This document shows positions 61,701 through 64,000 of a DNA stretch of 64,000 nt, piece after piece (the first letter of the stretch is position 1; each line of letters begins with the position of its first letter). This stretch comes from Klebsormidium nitens. Its lineage: Eukaryota; Plantae; Klebsormidiophyceae. Location of the stretch: the NCBI GenBank assembly GCA_000708835.1, contig DF237290.1:35702-99701 (forward strand). The letters run 5' to 3'. Made by a program: the position numbers and the translations under genes. The notes under the pieces are model-generated. The model worked only from the letters and a program-made list of their open reading frames with translations, was not told the DNA's origin and searched no databases.

Positions 61701-63615
61701 TTGTCAGCAAGATGCGGAAGCTTATGGAACTTCAAGCATCAGGCTGATATACGCTTTCTTAACCTTTCCAGCTGTTTTGGATGTGCGAGCAAAAATTTCG
61801 TGCGAATGAAAGTTGAAACCTCTCTGTCCTTTTGCTCACTTGATGTTCAGTGGCATTTTGGCGAACGAAAGCTTGTCTCCGCTGCTCGCAGCACGGAAGT
61901 AGGGTGGCTCGTAGTCCTCTGGCTGCAGAAGTCAGAAAACAGTTTTTGCTTATTCTTCCAGGAAACAGGTTCTCATTCAATGTTTCTTCCTTAACAGTGT
62001 GATCATAGTTGAATCCATTGAAGTTTCTTGTGAAAAATTGATTTGTATACAACAAAGTGTAGACAGAGTTTGGAAGTGAAGTTGCATACCGTGACGTCGT
62101 CGTAATAGTAAAGCTTCATGATGAGAGTACGGTTCTCTGCATACAATTGGCGTTGAGGTGTCAGTGTAGTCATGCAGGATCCAGGATCAGGTGAGAAAAC
62201 AGCGATAAATCTCGGTCAGAATTGGATGTGCCAGTCATACTTAGGGTCAAGCTTCGTGACAGAAACCTTGTGCAGCAGACAACTGATTCTGTTCGCGAAG
62301 GAGTGGAACAGGAGTTTATGAAGAAACCGAACGGGAACTTACCCGGAACTGCTTCTAGCGTCCGCATAAGCGAACACAACTGCCTGACAAGTCGGCAAGC
62401 TCCACCTCTGCAAAACAAAGAGGCCTTTGCTGGAGTACTCTCTACCGTTGTGCGTAAAAACAACTTCCTGATCTTTCTTCAAAGTAAAAGACGCTCTTGA
62501 TTTTCTTTTAAAACAACAATCGTGCTGGGATGGAAAGTCTTCAGTAATCGAGAAAATGATCATTGTCAAGTTGCCTTACTTCATGTGCTCCTGACTGTCG
62601 CTCGTGTTGAAAATCTTCCCAGAGCGATCATCGCCCAGCTTCATCTCAACTTCACCATTCTCTCCATATTCGAAGCTCACTGCAACCGATGCGTCGAAAA
62701 TATTTCTCATTCTTCCAAAGCAGATAGAGATAGCGTGGTTTGCTAAATGCAATGTATGTGTCATGCAAGGAATACGGTTGCAGGGTGATAAGACTTTCAG
62801 GAATCCAGAGGGCACACTTGCAGCTAACGTGTGCCAACAATTGCAGAGAATGAAGCTTACTTGAGTAAGACTCGAGCATATCTGTAGCCGAATCGCTGTC
62901 ACAGATCGCAAATATCAGACTTTTCAGGTACTTGTTCTTCAAGGCATCGTACACCCCTGCAAAATGTGTTCACAATGAGGAGCGGGGCAGTATGCCTGGA
63001 AGACGTCAGAAGCAATAGTAGCGCGCTTCACAGTTGCTGTACACGGTCTGATCGAACTGACGCAACTGTTGAATCCATTTAGCATGAAGCAGACCTTACC
63101 TTTCTCCATCCAGTCGATCAGCCGTTTTGATTCCGCGTCGACTGGAATGAGTTTCTGCACATCAAAATCAGACTTTTTGTATCAATCGGTTCTGTGTCAA
63201 AGGAAAGGATACATGTCAGTACATTCAAGTTGCTTAGCAGCCGGAACGAACCAGCGTGCAAACGGAAGTAGCCAACATGCTCACATTGATGGTCATTCCA
63301 AGTGCTGGTACATTCTTCTCCGCAAAGTGCTTCTCGCTGAATAATCCCCGACAGTAACTGCTAGAGAGTATCAAACTGGTTAGCTTGATCGTAATCAGAC
63401 TTCGATCAAAATCTCTGGAACGTCTAGCACATGTTGAATTCTGCGACCGATCAACGAGAGGAGATGGTAAACAAATAGAATGAAATGAGAGATGATTCAA
63501 CTTACGAGATGTTGAAGATAGAAATCCGGATAATGTTGCGGACGAGCTGAAGGGACTGTTCTTGAGTCACCGAAGTTGTTGCCTCCTTCACCGCTTGGGC
63601 CTGTGCCATGGCCAT
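58796..63615 (-). CDS. ASY1: Meiotic chromosome-axis HORMA-domain protein ASY1/HOP1/PAIR2
   Basis: Exons 63506-63615, 63285-63357, 63100-63154, 62861-62956, 62580-62679, 62343-62407, 62090-62136, 61840-61922, ~61320-61639 (3' end uncertain), 60902-61057, 60704-60777, 60436-60507, 60052-60205, 59853-59899, 59655-59718, 59362-59495, 59023-59187 and 58796-58846. Motifs: QSLQLVRNIIRISIFNISYCRGLF, KRLIDWMEKGVYDALKNKYLK, MKLYYYDDVTPEDYEPPYF, ALYHALPMQYVTIAKLHNKL and the C-terminal RKASVVADPIYQSTKR. Confidence 0.93.
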
Positions 63616-64000
63616 CTGCAAATTTAGCTGGCACGGTTAGGTGATTGATTGCCCTGTGTTTCAGAAATTGTGCAAACTTGTGATCCGAGCTCTAACCAGA
63701 TTGTCAATTCTTTGGTCAGGGAGAAAGTATAGTTCGGGCATAATGAAGTCACTTACCGTAAACCAATGTCCTGGATCCGCAATGCAAATCTGAGAGAACA
63801 AGCGAGCAGGTCTTCAAGGCGGCTGCTTTAGTGCTAGCGCGATTTGTATTGAAGGGCAAATTTCACCACTAGAGAGCTAGATTGGATCCTTTATGAGCTG
63901 CTGAACGTCTTCGTACCCTCCCCTGTCTCTTTCTTCTACTGTAGCGCCTAGTCATAGAGCGGCCCGAGCGTGAGGTCACCAATCCAGACTTATGATTCTT

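Overview
Eukaryotic, intron-rich nuclear DNA containing ten protein-coding genes, which I reconstructed by hand from splice sites and reading-frame phase. No rRNA, tRNA or CRISPR array was seen. In order: an AUX1/LAX-like permease (-, running off the window start), a bacterial-type TauD/TfdA Fe(II)/2OG dioxygenase (+), an acid/gastric-type lipase (+), a 23-exon BEACH protein of the plant BchB type (-, about 3560 aa), a glycolipid transfer protein (+), an R3HCC1-like gene with two apparent frame breaks (-), an organellar tRNA adenosine deaminase TADA (+), a tRNA 2-selenouridine synthase MnmH/SelU homolog (-), a small conserved probably plastid protein (+) and the meiotic HORMA protein ASY1/HOP1 (-). 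The gene set and architecture suggest a streptophyte green alga, possibly Klebsormidium-like; this is inference and was not verified by search. Two MITE-like elements with TA flanks are present. The most striking unexplained pattern is that introns in five genes carry tandem, decaying copies of the neighbouring exon edge together with its splice site ('exon shadows'). Several copies keep intact AG or GT signals that would lead to premature stops if used. Family assignments come from remembered motifs, not from database searches.
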